In this document: positions 39,067 through 50,102 of the stretch, piece after piece | Position numbering within the stretch: position 1 is the stretch's first letter | How the letters are laid out: every line of letters begins with the position of its first letter | Assembly: GCA_018238155.1 (NCBI GenBank) | Contig: JABCTZ010000032.1 | Location: 224,001-288,000, forward strand | Direction of reading: 5' to 3' | Source: Candidatus Heimdallarchaeota archaeon | GTDB lineage: Archaea > Asgardarchaeota > Heimdallarchaeia > JABLTI01 | Length of the DNA stretch: 64,000 bases | Made by a program: the position numbers and the translations under genes | Notes under the pieces: generated by a model | Databases searched by the model: none | Told to the model about the DNA's origin: nothing | The model's input: the letters and a program-made list of their open reading frames with translations, nothing else

Positions 39067-41547
39067 GTGATACTTGTGACAGAAATAGATGATAATCAAC
39101 AAACTAAAAAAACAGTCAAAATAGGAATCACAGGTATGACTTGCGCTGCATGTAGTAGTGCTGTCGAACGATCTCTGGGGAAAACAGCTGGTGTAGATAA
39201 CGCAATAGTTAGTTTAGCAACAAATGATGCATCAATTTCCTATAATCCTAACATAGTTTCTGAAACAGATCTTATTGAAGCTATTGAGGGAATCGGTTAT
39301 GGTGTTCGATTAGAAAAAGTTGAAATAATTATTAATGGAATGACTTGTGCTTCTTGCTCTGCGAATGTTGAGAAAGCTCTCAAAAAAGTTAATGGTGTAA
39401 TAACTGCAGCAGCTAATCTCACAACAAGAAAAGCAGTAGTTGAATTCAACCCCGCACTTACAAACATAACTTTTCTTGAAAAAGCAATCAACGATGTAGG
39501 TTATGAGGTAGAGAAATCCTTAGAAGAGGATGCACTTACGTTGAGACGTAGACTGGAACGTGAAGAGAAATTACATTATCGTAATCGACTCATTTTTGGT
39601 GTTATTTTTACAACACCTTTAATGGTTTTCATGTTTATTGATCTTGCAATTGATGGATTCATGATGCTTGATTGGGTTCGCTATACAATGTTAGCATTAG
39701 CTACTCCTGTTTACTTGTATGTTGGTTGGCCTTTCTTTAAAAGTGCATTCAAAGTGGTTACCCACTTCACATCAAATATGGATGTATTGGTTACACTTGG
39801 TAGTAGTGCCGCATTTATCTATAGTATCATTTCCTTAGTTATTGGTGGACCATTATATTTCGAATCTGCAGCTTTCATCTTAACTGCATTAGTAGTTGGA
39901 AAATTCCTTGAAGCCGTTGCAAAAGGAAGAACTTCAGACTCAATAACTAAACTTCTTGGGTTACAAGCCAAAACTGCTAGAATAATCCATGATGGAGAAG
40001 AAATGGACATACCAATAGAGAGTGTCATTGTTGATGATATTGTTATTGTCCGTCCTGGAGAAAAAGTGCCTGTAGACGGCATAATTATTGAAGGCAATAC
40101 TGCCATAGATGAATCAATGCTTACTGGAGAAAGTATGTTAGTAGATAAAAAACCAGGTGATCTGGTAATTGGAGCAACTATCAATAAAAACGGTTTTATT
40201 AAATTTAAGGCGGATAAAATTGGTTCTGATACTGTATTATCTCAAATTATTAAATCTGTAGAGGATGCTCAAGGTAGTAAAGCTCCTGTTCAAAGATTAG
40301 CTGACAAAGTTTCAGCTTACTTCGTTCCAGCAGTAATAGTGATTGCTTTTACCACATTAACAATATGGTTAGTTGGAGGAGGTCTTTTTGGATTTACTCC
40401 CATTCTTCCCATAATAACTCAAAGTTGGTATACACATGCTATACTAAATACTGTTGCTGTTTTGGTTATTGCTTGTCCATGTGCTCTTGGATTAGCGACT
40501 CCAACCGGAATAATGGTTGGTTCTGGTAAAGGAGCTGAACTAGGTATTCTTTTCAAGAACGCAGAATCACTTGAACGAACTCAAGAATTAGATACTGTGA
40601 TATTTGATAAAACTGGCACTTTAACAAAAGGCACCCCTGAAGTCACAGATATAATCTCTCTACAAAGCTCTTTCTCTGAGGAAGAAATGATTCGTTTATC
40701 AGCAAGTGCCGAAAAAGGTTCAGAACACTCCTTGGGCGAATCTATTGTTCGTGGTGCTATCATGAGAAATCAAACTCTTCTTGATCCATCAGAATTCAAG
40801 GCTATTCCAGGTAAAGGAATAATCGCAAAAGTAGACACAAAGGAAATAGTTCTTGGCAATATTGCTCTAATGACAGAGCAGTCTATAAATGTTCAAGATT
40901 CAACTCTCACTGAAATTGAAAGATTACAAAAACAAGGTAAAACTGTAATGCTTGTTGTAATAAATGGACAGCTATCTGGTTTAATTGCAGTTGCAGATAC
41001 TATCAAAGAATCTTCAAGAAAAGCTGTACAAATGCTAACTGCTCTTGGAATAAAAGTGGTTATGCTAACTGGTGATAATGAGCGAACTGCTCAAGCTATC
41101 GCAAAAGAAGCCGGTATAAACGAAATTTTTGCTGAGGTTTTACCAGAAGAAAAAGCTAACAAAGTAAAAGAATTGCAAGCTGTCGGTCGCATTGTTGGAA
41201 TGGTTGGCGATGGAACTAATGACGCTCCTGCTTTAGCTCAAGCGGATATTGGTTTTGCTGTTGCATCTGGAACTGATGTTTCAATTGAAACTTCTTCTGT
41301 TACTCTTATGAGGAATGATCTAACTCAAGTAATAGATGCTATTGAATTAAGTAAAGCTACTTTAAAAATCATTAAAGGAAATCTTCTTTGGGCTTTCTTA
41401 TTCAATATTATCGCAATACCTGTTGCAGCAATTGGTATTCTCAACCCAATGATAGCTGCAGGTGCAATGGCATTTAGCTCTGTTTTTGTTGTAACAAATT
41501 CATTGCGCTTGAAACTTTTTAAGCCTAAGCTTAGTAACAATAACTAG
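39067..41547 (+). CDS. copA: Copper-translocating P1B-type ATPase
   Basis: Two GMTCxxC domains, TGES, CPC, DKTGT, GDG.ND.P, AMAFSS. Confidence 0.95.
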   Translation: MILVTEIDDNQQTKKTVKIGITGMTCAACSSAVERSLGKTAGVDNAIVSLATNDASISYNPNIVSETDLIEAIEGIGYGVRLEKVEIIINGMTCASCSANVEKALKKVNGVITAAANLTTRKAVVEFNPALTNITFLEKAINDVGYEVEKSLEEDALTLRRRLEREEKLHYRNRLIFGVIFTTPLMVFMFIDLAIDGFMMLDWVRYTMLALATPVYLYVGWPFFKSAFKVVTHFTSNMDVLVTLGSSAAFIYSIISLVIGGPLYFESAAFILTALVVGKFLEAVAKGRTSDSITKLLGLQAKTARIIHDGEEMDIPIESVIVDDIVIVRPGEKVPVDGIIIEGNTAIDESMLTGESMLVDKKPGDLVIGATINKNGFIKFKADKIGSDTVLSQIIKSVEDAQGSKAPVQRLADKVSAYFVPAVIVIAFTTLTIWLVGGGLFGFTPILPIITQSWYTHAILNTVAVLVIACPCALGLATPTGIMVGSGKGAELGILFKNAESLERTQELDTVIFDKTGTLTKGTPEVTDIISLQSSFSEEEMIRLSASAEKGSEHSLGESIVRGAIMRNQTLLDPSEFKAIPGKGIIAKVDTKEIVLGNIALMTEQSINVQDSTLTEIERLQKQGKTVMLVVINGQLSGLIAVADTIKESSRKAVQMLTALGIKVVMLTGDNERTAQAIAKEAGINEIFAEVLPEEKANKVKELQAVGRIVGMVGDGTNDAPALAQADIGFAVASGTDVSIETSSVTLMRNDLTQVIDAIELSKATLKIIKGNLLWAFLFNIIAIPVAAIGILNPMIAAGAMAFSSVFVVTNSLRLKLFKPKLSNNN

Positions 41548-41680
41548 AAAGATATTGCCATTTTTTACTCTCATTGTTGTATAGTAAATCTTTATTTAGT
41601 AAATGATATTATCTTTCTTTATAGAAAGGAAAGTAGACACCTTTCAAAAATATAAACTAAAAAATGTAGGCGTGAAATCA

Positions 41681-42838
41681 TTGAGTGATCAAGGTAAACA
41701 TTCCTTAGTTAAAACACTTCAGTGCTCTACTTGTGGAGCACCCATGAAACCTTCAGCGGAATCTATTATTACTATCTGCAATTTCTGTGGAGATATTACC
41801 GCTGAAAGTCCTGTTAGTCCTCACATAATTGTTAAACCCTTACCTTTGCAACCTCCTGAAGGTGTTGATGACATCCGGAAGATGGAATTAATTTTAGTAC
41901 CATTTTTTGAAGTACAAGCACAAATTGATGTTGATGCTAAAGGATACCAAAGACGGGAAAGGACTGAATCGAAAACCGTACGACGTGGTGGTGAAACACA
42001 CACAGAAACCAAAACGATTATAGAATATCGTCCTTGGAGAATAACTCACCACGGAACTCAAGCAGTGAGATTTTTAGCTAGACAAGAATTTACTATGTTT
42101 GGTGCTGGAGAATTAATATCTAATGTTTCTAAATCATTAGGTGGAGAACCAATGCCATTTAATTCTACGTTTATTAAAAAACTTGCAAGTGAAGACTCAA
42201 GCCGCTCCTTAGAAGCTCTAAGTCCTGAATGGGGACAAGATGAAGCAGGTAAAAAAGCGGGAGAAGTTGTTTACGAAGCTGCTTATGCTCGAGCGAAATC
42301 CGAAATGCATGAAGTTTTTGATACTCATGTTAACTTCAAACCCTTATCCAAACCAGCATTATTACATCAACCTCTTCTACTAATTAGAAGAAAAATACAA
42401 GGTAGATCTTATCGTGCTGCTTATCATTGGGGTTCAGGAAAATTGCTTCGAGAAGAACAACCAATCAAGAATCGACGTTTAATGGTGTTCTTTGCAATTT
42501 TGTGCTTTCTAGCTACACCAGTCTTTGCACAGTTAGGATATAATTTCTATTTCAATTCTGGTGAAGAAATATGGGCTTTGATTGTCTTTGGAGTATTAGC
42601 TCTTGCAGGAATAATTGGCGCAATTTTGTTGCTCATTAGGTCATACAAACCGCACAAAATAAAATCTAGTGGTGCTAAAGTTTCATTATTTGACTTTCAA
42701 AAAGTAACTGTTAATCAACCACCTCAACCAACGACTAGCGGAACTGGTAAAAAAGCCGGCTTTTGCACAAAATGTGGTGACCCACTTGAACCGAATCAAA
42801 AATTCTGTGAAAAATGTGGGCATACCGTAGGGAGTTGA
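41681..42838 (+). CDS. Zn-ribbon membrane protein (N- and C-terminal Zn ribbons, two TM)
   Basis: CSTC..CNFC, two TM helices, CTKC..CEKC. Start uncertain (GTG 41672 or TTG 41681). Confidence 0.6.
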   Translation: MSDQGKHSLVKTLQCSTCGAPMKPSAESIITICNFCGDITAESPVSPHIIVKPLPLQPPEGVDDIRKMELILVPFFEVQAQIDVDAKGYQRRERTESKTVRRGGETHTETKTIIEYRPWRITHHGTQAVRFLARQEFTMFGAGELISNVSKSLGGEPMPFNSTFIKKLASEDSSRSLEALSPEWGQDEAGKKAGEVVYEAAYARAKSEMHEVFDTHVNFKPLSKPALLHQPLLLIRRKIQGRSYRAAYHWGSGKLLREEQPIKNRRLMVFFAILCFLATPVFAQLGYNFYFNSGEEIWALIVFGVLALAGIIGAILLLIRSYKPHKIKSSGAKVSLFDFQKVTVNQPPQPTTSGTGKKAGFCTKCGDPLEPNQKFCEKCGHTVGS

Positions 42839-42846
42839 TATCAAAA

Positions 42847-43815
42847 ATGGCAACACAAAACCAATCTAAGAAAATACAATGCGGTAACTGTAAAGCAGAG
42901 AATGATGTTCCTCCTTATACATCTGTAGTAACATGTGAATACTGTGGAACTCCAAATGAATTACAAAGTGGCAAAATAATCGAAAATCACCACATGTTAT
43001 CAGTGTACTTTAGTGGTTCTGAACTAACAGAACTTATTCCACAATACCTTTCTAAATATGTCGGAGTGCCCGAGGATTTTGCTGATAAAACAGTTTTCAA
43101 ACAATTTGAACTTCGAATGATGCCATTTTGGGTTTTCAAATTCCATGCTCATACAGACTACAAAGGAATGGGTAAATATGTTAATCCTAATCAAACAAAT
43201 GCATGGAGTCAGCATATAAGTATAAAGCAGCGACCAGAACAAGGTTCGATTGATCTAGATCAAACTTGTCTTATTTTCGGTTACAGAGAACAACACAAAG
43301 AAATTCGTGATGAAAAAGTTCCTGTAGGTTCTAAAACTGCATTTGATATCAAAGCAGTTCAAGCTGAAGGCGGAGTTATCCTTGATACCGAAATCGGTTA
43401 TGATGATGCTTATGCTATTGCAGAAGGACAAGTTAAAAATCGCCATCAAAAATTGATTTATCGAGAAATTGTTAAAATTGATGGTATGAATCAAACCATA
43501 AACCTCAAAGAAATCTCTTATTTACATGTGCCCTTTTACCGAGTAATCTATGGTTATGGAGATTGGGAAGGTGAAGCATTAGTTGATGCTGCAAGAGGAA
43601 AAGTTCTTCGAGCAGAGTATCCCGTATCCCGTTCTCATCGATTCTGGGGATTATTTGGTATAGTCTTTGCCCTCGGACTTATGGGTTTAGCAATCTATTT
43701 AGCATTTGCAAGCAGCTGGGCTATAGCTGGTTATGTTGGCATAGTCGTTTTCTTAGGCTTCCTTATCTTCATGATGAAGGAAACTTTCACGAAGAAGAAA
43801 GTGGCTTCTGAATAG
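42847..43815 (+). CDS. Zn-ribbon membrane protein, distant paralog of the preceding gene
   Basis: CGNC..CEYC, PFW, H.P.Y...Y, G.VLR.E.P, two C-terminal TM helices. Confidence 0.6.
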   Translation: MATQNQSKKIQCGNCKAENDVPPYTSVVTCEYCGTPNELQSGKIIENHHMLSVYFSGSELTELIPQYLSKYVGVPEDFADKTVFKQFELRMMPFWVFKFHAHTDYKGMGKYVNPNQTNAWSQHISIKQRPEQGSIDLDQTCLIFGYREQHKEIRDEKVPVGSKTAFDIKAVQAEGGVILDTEIGYDDAYAIAEGQVKNRHQKLIYREIVKIDGMNQTINLKEISYLHVPFYRVIYGYGDWEGEALVDAARGKVLRAEYPVSRSHRFWGLFGIVFALGLMGLAIYLAFASSWAIAGYVGIVVFLGFLIFMMKETFTKKKVASE

Positions 43816-43955
43816 TCATCACTTATTATTGCAGGGTTCATTCCCTGTTTCCTTTCTCTTTTTCTTTGAAACCTTTTTAATCTAAAATTGCCATTATCTC
43901 TTGTAATGATTTATATTACTTTGTCTTTTAAATCTCTTTCAACGGTGTTTCATTT

Positions 43956-44780
43956 ATGATGAAAGTTGGTTACATTCAATTCCATCCTCTGTTTGGTGAA
44001 GTAGATTACAATAGAACACATACTCTTGAGCTCATACATCAGAGAGCAGATGCAGACCTTCTAGTTTTACCAGAGCTATGTACAACCGGATATCTCTTTA
44101 CTGATAAAACAGAATTAGAACGATTAGCTGAATTTATCCCAGAAGGAAAATCAACTAAGGCTTGGATTAAAATTGCAAAAGAAACTAATACTTATTTGGT
44201 TGCTGGAATTTGCGAAAAAACCAAAGATGGCAAATTCTATAATTCATCCGTCTTAATTGGACCCGAAGGTTACATTGATACATATCGTAAAATCCATTTA
44301 TTTAATACTGAAAAAAATTTCTTCTCTCCTGGAAATGGTCCTTTCAAAATCTATGATATTGGAATAGCAAAACTTGGGATGATTATTTGTTTCGACTGGG
44401 CTTTTCCTGAATTGACTAGAATACTAGCATTAAATGGTGCTGAGATTATTTGTCACCCTTCCAACTTAGTTCTTAGCTTTGCTCAGAAAGTAATGTTGGC
44501 ACGTTCAATTGAGAACAGAGTTTATACAATAACTGCAAATAGAATTGGTGACGATATTAGACCCTCATCAAAATTAATTTTTACTGGTGAAAGCCAAGTT
44601 ACAAGCCCGAAAATGGAAATTCTCTTGAAAGCCAGTGTAGATAAAGAAGAGATAGGTGTTGTGGAAATAGATCCTTTACTTGCTCAAAATAAAATGATAA
44701 CTGCGAATAATCACATATTTCTTGATAGAAGAGTTGAGTTGTATCAACCAATAATTAATCATAATGAGCTTGAAAAATAG
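43956..44780 (+). CDS. Nitrilase/carbon-nitrogen hydrolase
   Basis: LPEL, YRKIHLF, ICFDW.FPE (E-K-C triad). Confidence 0.92.
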   Translation: MMKVGYIQFHPLFGEVDYNRTHTLELIHQRADADLLVLPELCTTGYLFTDKTELERLAEFIPEGKSTKAWIKIAKETNTYLVAGICEKTKDGKFYNSSVLIGPEGYIDTYRKIHLFNTEKNFFSPGNGPFKIYDIGIAKLGMIICFDWAFPELTRILALNGAEIICHPSNLVLSFAQKVMLARSIENRVYTITANRIGDDIRPSSKLIFTGESQVTSPKMEILLKASVDKEEIGVVEIDPLLAQNKMITANNHIFLDRRVELYQPIINHNELEK

Positions 44781-44854
44781 TTTTATACTAGACTTAACCT
44801 TTGTTAGAAAAAGTTAAATCAAATAATCAATTAAATGACTATACAGAAGGATTA

Positions 44855-45781
44855 ATGATGGCTATACTAATTACTGGCGGCGCAGGTTTTATTGGTTCTT
44901 ACCTCGTTCACCGTCTTGTAGAAGCAGATCAAGAAGTAGTTGTTTATGATATCAATATTGATAATATACAAAATAGGGATGAAAAGGCAATTTATATTGA
45001 AGGAGATATTTCTAATATTGATCAACTGAAAGAAGTAATTGAGAAATACGATTTTGATTCAATATTTCATCTTGCTTCCATTCTCCCTCCCAAAACTGAG
45101 GAAGATCCATATGTTGCGTTTAAAATAAATATTGAAGGAACAATGAATGTTCTCAATACTGCTTGCAACCATGGAATCAAAACGATTATTTATCCGAGTT
45201 CTGCTACAGTTTTTGGTCCAAATAGGCAACCTCCTTTTACTGAGGAAGATTTACGTGATCCGTGGACTGTATACAGTTCATTCAAAATTTGTAATGAAAT
45301 TATTGGATCTATTTATGCTAAAAAATTTGATATTAATTTTCGTGCAGTTCGATTCCCAGTCGTTTTAGGTCATGGTGCTGATCCTATGTCAGGTATGTCT
45401 AGTTATCCTATCGAAATGATGGACGATGCACTTCATGGTGTTCCCTATATTGCCAAAGTTTCTCCAGAAACAAGAATCCCAATTATCCATATTGAAGAAG
45501 CAGTTCAAGTTTTGATTAACCTTTGGAGAAGCAATCAACTTCATTTTGAAATCTATGATATCGATGGTTTGTGGGTAACTGCGAAAGAGATTGCTGATGG
45601 TATAAAAAAACACATTCCTTCTGCAGAGATAACCTTCAAACCAGTAGAGGATGTAATGGTTCAAAAAGTTCTTACCGGAATTAAAGAAGAGAAAGAAAAA
45701 GACAGATTCGGTTTTAAAGGCAAACGATTATTGGATGAGATTCTCCAAGAATATCTCTCGAGAAAGAAACCAGAAAAATGA
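44855..45781 (+). CDS. NAD-dependent epimerase/dehydratase (extended SDR, threonine dehydrogenase-like)
   Basis: TGGAGFIG, FHLAS, PSS..VFG, Y...K. Confidence 0.85.
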   Translation: MMAILITGGAGFIGSYLVHRLVEADQEVVVYDINIDNIQNRDEKAIYIEGDISNIDQLKEVIEKYDFDSIFHLASILPPKTEEDPYVAFKINIEGTMNVLNTACNHGIKTIIYPSSATVFGPNRQPPFTEEDLRDPWTVYSSFKICNEIIGSIYAKKFDINFRAVRFPVVLGHGADPMSGMSSYPIEMMDDALHGVPYIAKVSPETRIPIIHIEEAVQVLINLWRSNQLHFEIYDIDGLWVTAKEIADGIKKHIPSAEITFKPVEDVMVQKVLTGIKEEKEKDRFGFKGKRLLDEILQEYLSRKKPEK

Positions 45782-45816
45782 GTTTGTTTTTAGCACTCAT
45801 TTTCTAATTTGCTTTT

Positions 45817-46593
45817 TTATTGGCGCGGAATCGAATCCTGATTTACTTGAATTTCTACATCAGCAGTATCAATTACAAGTTCCTTCGCTACTTTGTATTC
45901 CTTTAAATTAACAAATATCCACATCAAGAATAGATATGGTATTCCAGTATTAAATTCTAAGAAACTATTAAAGATCATTACACTCCAATTTAAAGGTCGA
46001 ATTCCAGCTATCATCAAAGTTGACTCCATTGAAAAGTGTATGAAAATACCCACTCCAAAGAGAAAAGCAAAATACCACCAAGGAATATTTTCCATAAATT
46101 TCCACCGAAATGCTTTGAGTACTAAGAGCATACCATATCCTACAGCTATCATCAGAATTTGTCCGATTCTATTTCCCGACATCTCACGGTAGATTGACAT
46201 CTCTGCATCATTCCAGTGTATCCATTGAGACATTGCTGCAATTAACATCCAACCTCCCCATAACAAAGTTGACCATAATCCTTTTTCTATTTTAGAAATG
46301 CTTTTATCAAACATTATTGGTGCATATGAAAACATAATCATCCCGTAAGTGAATGAGAAATATGCTAAGAACAGGTGAGGACCGATTGGTCCTTCGATAT
46401 GTCTTGTTCCCTTGAGCGTATACCAAATGATATCATCTGTGAAAAAAATGACCGCATAGCCAAAAAGACCAAAGAGTAACGCTTTGAACCTTTTTCGCAC
46501 TAACAATAATATTATCCAAATAGCTGCTAATATTAAATCGAAATAGATGAAATCAATGTCCATAACTCTTATGACATCGTGGAAATCAAACAT
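45817..46593 (-). CDS. Multi-pass membrane protein of unknown function
   Basis: About seven hydrophobic segments. Confidence 0.6.
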   Translation of the reverse strand: MFDFHDVIRVMDIDFIYFDLILAAIWIILLLVRKRFKALLFGLFGYAVIFFTDDIIWYTLKGTRHIEGPIGPHLFLAYFSFTYGMIMFSYAPIMFDKSISKIEKGLWSTLLWGGWMLIAAMSQWIHWNDAEMSIYREMSGNRIGQILMIAVGYGMLLVLKAFRWKFMENIPWWYFAFLFGVGIFIHFSMESTLMIAGIRPLNWSVMIFNSFLEFNTGIPYLFLMWIFVNLKEYKVAKELVIDTADVEIQVNQDSIPRQ

Positions 46594-46736
46594 AAGAAAA
46601 ATAGAAATAAATAACCCTTTTTATTATTTTTCACCAAAAATGATCTATTTTGTTTTTTACTAGAAACAAGATTAAAAAGCATGAAGTATTCTTCATCAGT
46701 TATAGAGTAAAAAACATTGAATCCAGGTGCAATATT

Positions 46737-47870
46737 TTGAGCCAATTTAAAAGAATACGACATATTCCTACTTCAGAAAAATTAGCTGATATAGTCTTTT
46801 CCAAATTGCGCAAGATTAAAGTGGAAGCTCCTTCGGGTTCAAAGAAACGAAGGTCTGATCAATCTTTCCATAAAACACTTTATTTCCGACAATTTCGTTA
46901 TCTCTTTCCTGAGCTTGAAGAACGATTAGAAAAAATAGCTGAAAGTTTTCCAATTATCGAAGAATTGCATCCATTTCATATTGAATTGATTGATGTTCTT
47001 TTTGGTATAGATAAAATTAGAACTGCTCTTTCTAGAATTAATAATACTAGAAAATCTTTGAAAAGTATTTCACGTGATGTTAACAAACGACTTGGTATGA
47101 GTGAATTTCCTTCTGAATCTAAGAAAGCTAGATCAGAAGCTTTAGGACGTGTGGGTTCAACAATAAGTAAGCTTAAGAAACCTCTTGATACCTTGATTGA
47201 TGCGAAAATACAATTATCTCGAGTCCCAGATTTTAATCTAAAGCAACATACAATTGCTTTTGCCGGTGGACCTAATGCCGGTAAATCCAGTTTTGTTAAG
47301 CTTGTTTCGACTGGAGCACCTGAAATTAATTCTTATCCATTTACTACGAAAGAGCTAGTGATTGGTCATAGAAAGAGAAACAAATTTGAAAGTGTTCAAT
47401 TAATGGATACCCCTGGATTGCTTGATAGACCTTTAGGAGAACGTAACGTGATTGAGATGAGGAGCATTCTAGCTCTTAAACACCTTGCAGATCTCATTGT
47501 CTTTCTTTATGACCCTTCTGTACAATCTCCTCTAAGTTTGAAGCAACAACTGAGTCTTCTTTCAGAAATTGAAACTCAGTTTGAGGATATTCCCATTATT
47601 TGTTATATTAATAAACAAGATACATTAACAAAAGCGGAACTCGTAGAGGTTCGATCTCTAGTTGGTGATCATAAAGCAATCTCTACACGTGAAGAGGATT
47701 CAGCTGATTTAGAGATAATAATCACAGAGATAATTGATTCGCTCCCACCAAAGAAGTTAATCTTTGATAAGAACAAGGATAAAAAGATAATAGAGGAACC
47801 TGGTAAGAAACGTGTAAAAAAAGATAAGATTGAGTGGATATTCTTTGACGAAGACGATAGTGAAGATTGA
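46737..47870 (+). CDS. NOG1-family GTPase
   Basis: FP..E.LHPF, GGPNAGKSS, YPFTTK, DTPGLLDRP..ERN.IE, NKQD; TTG start after GGTG. Confidence 0.92.
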   Translation: MSQFKRIRHIPTSEKLADIVFSKLRKIKVEAPSGSKKRRSDQSFHKTLYFRQFRYLFPELEERLEKIAESFPIIEELHPFHIELIDVLFGIDKIRTALSRINNTRKSLKSISRDVNKRLGMSEFPSESKKARSEALGRVGSTISKLKKPLDTLIDAKIQLSRVPDFNLKQHTIAFAGGPNAGKSSFVKLVSTGAPEINSYPFTTKELVIGHRKRNKFESVQLMDTPGLLDRPLGERNVIEMRSILALKHLADLIVFLYDPSVQSPLSLKQQLSLLSEIETQFEDIPIICYINKQDTLTKAELVEVRSLVGDHKAISTREEDSADLEIIITEIIDSLPPKKLIFDKNKDKKIIEEPGKKRVKKDKIEWIFFDEDDSED

Positions 47871-48924
47871 TGGGAATTTGTTGGAAGGTGGAGGAGCGAT
47901 TTTGCGAAATGCTGTTGCATTGTCAGCTTTACACAAAACCCCCATAGAGATTTACAATATTCGTGCTAAACGTTCTAAACCTGGTTTAAGAAATCAACAT
48001 GTAAAAGTAATTGAAGCAATTTGTGCAATCTCTGATGGAAAAATGGCTGGCGTTTCTGTTGGATCACAAAATATCCGTTTCTATCCTGGCGAACTAAAAG
48101 GTGGGGAATATACAATTGATATTGGAACAGCAGGAAGTTTATCCCTTCTCCTACAAGCAATTATTCCTGTTGCAGCTAAGTGTCCTGATTCTGTTAAATT
48201 ATTAATGAAAGGTGGAACTGATGTTAGATGGTCTCCCCCTATAGACTATATTAAATCTGTTTACTTACCAATGTTGGAGAAATTAGGTTTAGAAGCAACA
48301 CTCTGTGTTGGTCGTCGCGGGCATTTCCCAAAAGGTGGTGGAACACTCACTTGTGATATTGAACCTCTTATCCGGATGAAACCAATTCAATATCAATTTG
48401 ATGCACCCTTAAAACCTCAATGTATTTGTGGAAAAGTTCATGCTGTTAGATTACCATGTTCTATTGCAGAGAGAATTACTACTTCAGCAGTTGCTCACAT
48501 CGAGAAGAATGGTTTCCAAATAGCCGCAATTGAACAAGAGTGCTCTGAACCAAAATACGATGTTCATATAGGTCCTGGGACGGGAATAACACTTTGGTCA
48601 TGTAATAATTTTGGTACGATATTGGCTGGTGATGGTTTGGGTGAAAAAGGTCTCCCGGCTGAAAAAGTGGGTCAAATTGCTGCAGAAAACATTATTGAGC
48701 AGCTTAAAATAGGCAGACCAATTGACTATCATCTAGCTGATCAATTAATAATTTGGATGGGAATATCTGATTTTCCATCAGTTATTGATACAAATAAAAT
48801 TACACTTCATACTCTTACAAATATTGAGATTCTTAAATTACTGACGAAAGCAAACTTTTCAGTACAAGGTAAGGTCGGAGAACCCGGTATTATTACTTGT
48901 GAACCAAATTATTATCCAGAATAG
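47860..48924 (+). CDS. rtcA: RNA 3'-terminal phosphate cyclase
   Basis: IDG...EGGG..LR, IRA.R..PGL..QH, GGTDV.WSP, GHFPKGGG, D.HLADQL, TLH..TN. Start approximate. Confidence 0.93.
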   Translation: MKIDGNLLEGGGAILRNAVALSALHKTPIEIYNIRAKRSKPGLRNQHVKVIEAICAISDGKMAGVSVGSQNIRFYPGELKGGEYTIDIGTAGSLSLLLQAIIPVAAKCPDSVKLLMKGGTDVRWSPPIDYIKSVYLPMLEKLGLEATLCVGRRGHFPKGGGTLTCDIEPLIRMKPIQYQFDAPLKPQCICGKVHAVRLPCSIAERITTSAVAHIEKNGFQIAAIEQECSEPKYDVHIGPGTGITLWSCNNFGTILAGDGLGEKGLPAEKVGQIAAENIIEQLKIGRPIDYHLADQLIIWMGISDFPSVIDTNKITLHTLTNIEILKLLTKANFSVQGKVGEPGIITCEPNYYPE

Positions 48925-49005
48925 TAATTGTTTTTCACAAAGCTATGTTGTCTCAAAAATTATTAATTGAATGATATTATAGTAATTAGTTACGGATGGA
49001 GAACA

Positions 49006-49374
49006 ATGTATCATATTACACCTGAAGATGAGAAAAAATTAGCTACCCTTAGTTCATACCAACAAGCAATCCTTCGCATTTTAGCTGAAGTTCCAAAAGG
49101 AAAGGTCACTACTTATGGCGACCTTGCTAAGGAGCTCTCAAAGAGGGATTCACGTTACTCTCCAAATGCATCTCGAGCAGTTGGTACAACGATGAAAAAC
49201 AATGTTTGTGGACCTCAAATTCCATGTCATCGAGTGATTAAATCAGATGGCTCAATAGGCAATTTTCGTGGTGAAGCGAAAGCAACTGATGAAAAAACCG
49301 CTATGCTTCGTGATGAAGGTGTTGAAGTTATTCGTGGTAAAATTAGTTTGAGTATGTTTCGTTACAAATTCTAA
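49006..49374 (+). CDS. O6-alkylguanine DNA alkyltransferase (MGMT/Ogt, C-terminal domain only)
   Basis: VPKGKVTTYGDLA, RAVG, IPCHRV active-site Cys. Confidence 0.88.
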   Translation: MYHITPEDEKKLATLSSYQQAILRILAEVPKGKVTTYGDLAKELSKRDSRYSPNASRAVGTTMKNNVCGPQIPCHRVIKSDGSIGNFRGEAKATDEKTAMLRDEGVEVIRGKISLSMFRYKF

Positions 49375-49377
49375 GGA

Positions 49378-49896
49378 TTATTTATCTGAAGAATTAATAG
49401 CTTTAATTCTAGCTAACCCGTCTAAATTTGCTAATACGCTAATAACAGCTTTTGGCAGTAATTCTTGCCATTCCTTTTTTCCTTTCTTCATTAAATCTCT
49501 TACATGTTCAGCACTATATTCATCTCTTTCAAAGAGTGGTGGTGTTCTTACTTTTTTACCTGCTTGTTCAAAGAGATATCTTGTATGAGGGTTATTTGTA
49601 TAAACAATATCGAATTTTGGTACCAACCTAGTTATATGTGCAACCCAAAGACCATTATCATTTAGATCATTTGCTGGAATAATAATTACTCGAGTAATAT
49701 CCTTCAATTCTTCTATTAATGAGTTGTGAATCATATCGTATCTTTCACCTGCTGTAAATGGGTTTTTTGGTTGGTGACTTTGTTGAGACGCAGCAATGAT
49801 GACGATGAGGTCATCAACTTCATTTAGAATATACCTTATCACACTAAGATGCCCTTTATGGAAGGGTTGAAACCTTCCAACAATCATTCCACGCAT
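49378..49896 (-). CDS. nadM: Nicotinamide-nucleotide adenylyltransferase
   Basis: GRFQPFHKGH, SH...NPFTAGER. Confidence 0.95.
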   Translation of the reverse strand: MRGMIVGRFQPFHKGHLSVIRYILNEVDDLIVIIAASQQSHQPKNPFTAGERYDMIHNSLIEELKDITRVIIIPANDLNDNGLWVAHITRLVPKFDIVYTNNPHTRYLFEQAGKKVRTPPLFERDEYSAEHVRDLMKKGKKEWQELLPKAVISVLANLDGLARIKAINSSDK

Positions 49897-50102
49897 TTTA
49901 ATTCACACTTTTTATTGATTTGCCAGTAATAATTAACTTTTAGTTCTAGTACATTTTTATAGTTATTAATGAATGTATTAAGTTCAGCTTATTAAAAAAC
50001 TTTATAAGGTATTTCTTAACATTCGAGAACTGATACGTAATAAGTTGTTTTGTCCAATTCTTCGGCAATATCTAAAGGACAAAAAAAGAGCTGAGATAAA
50101 CC

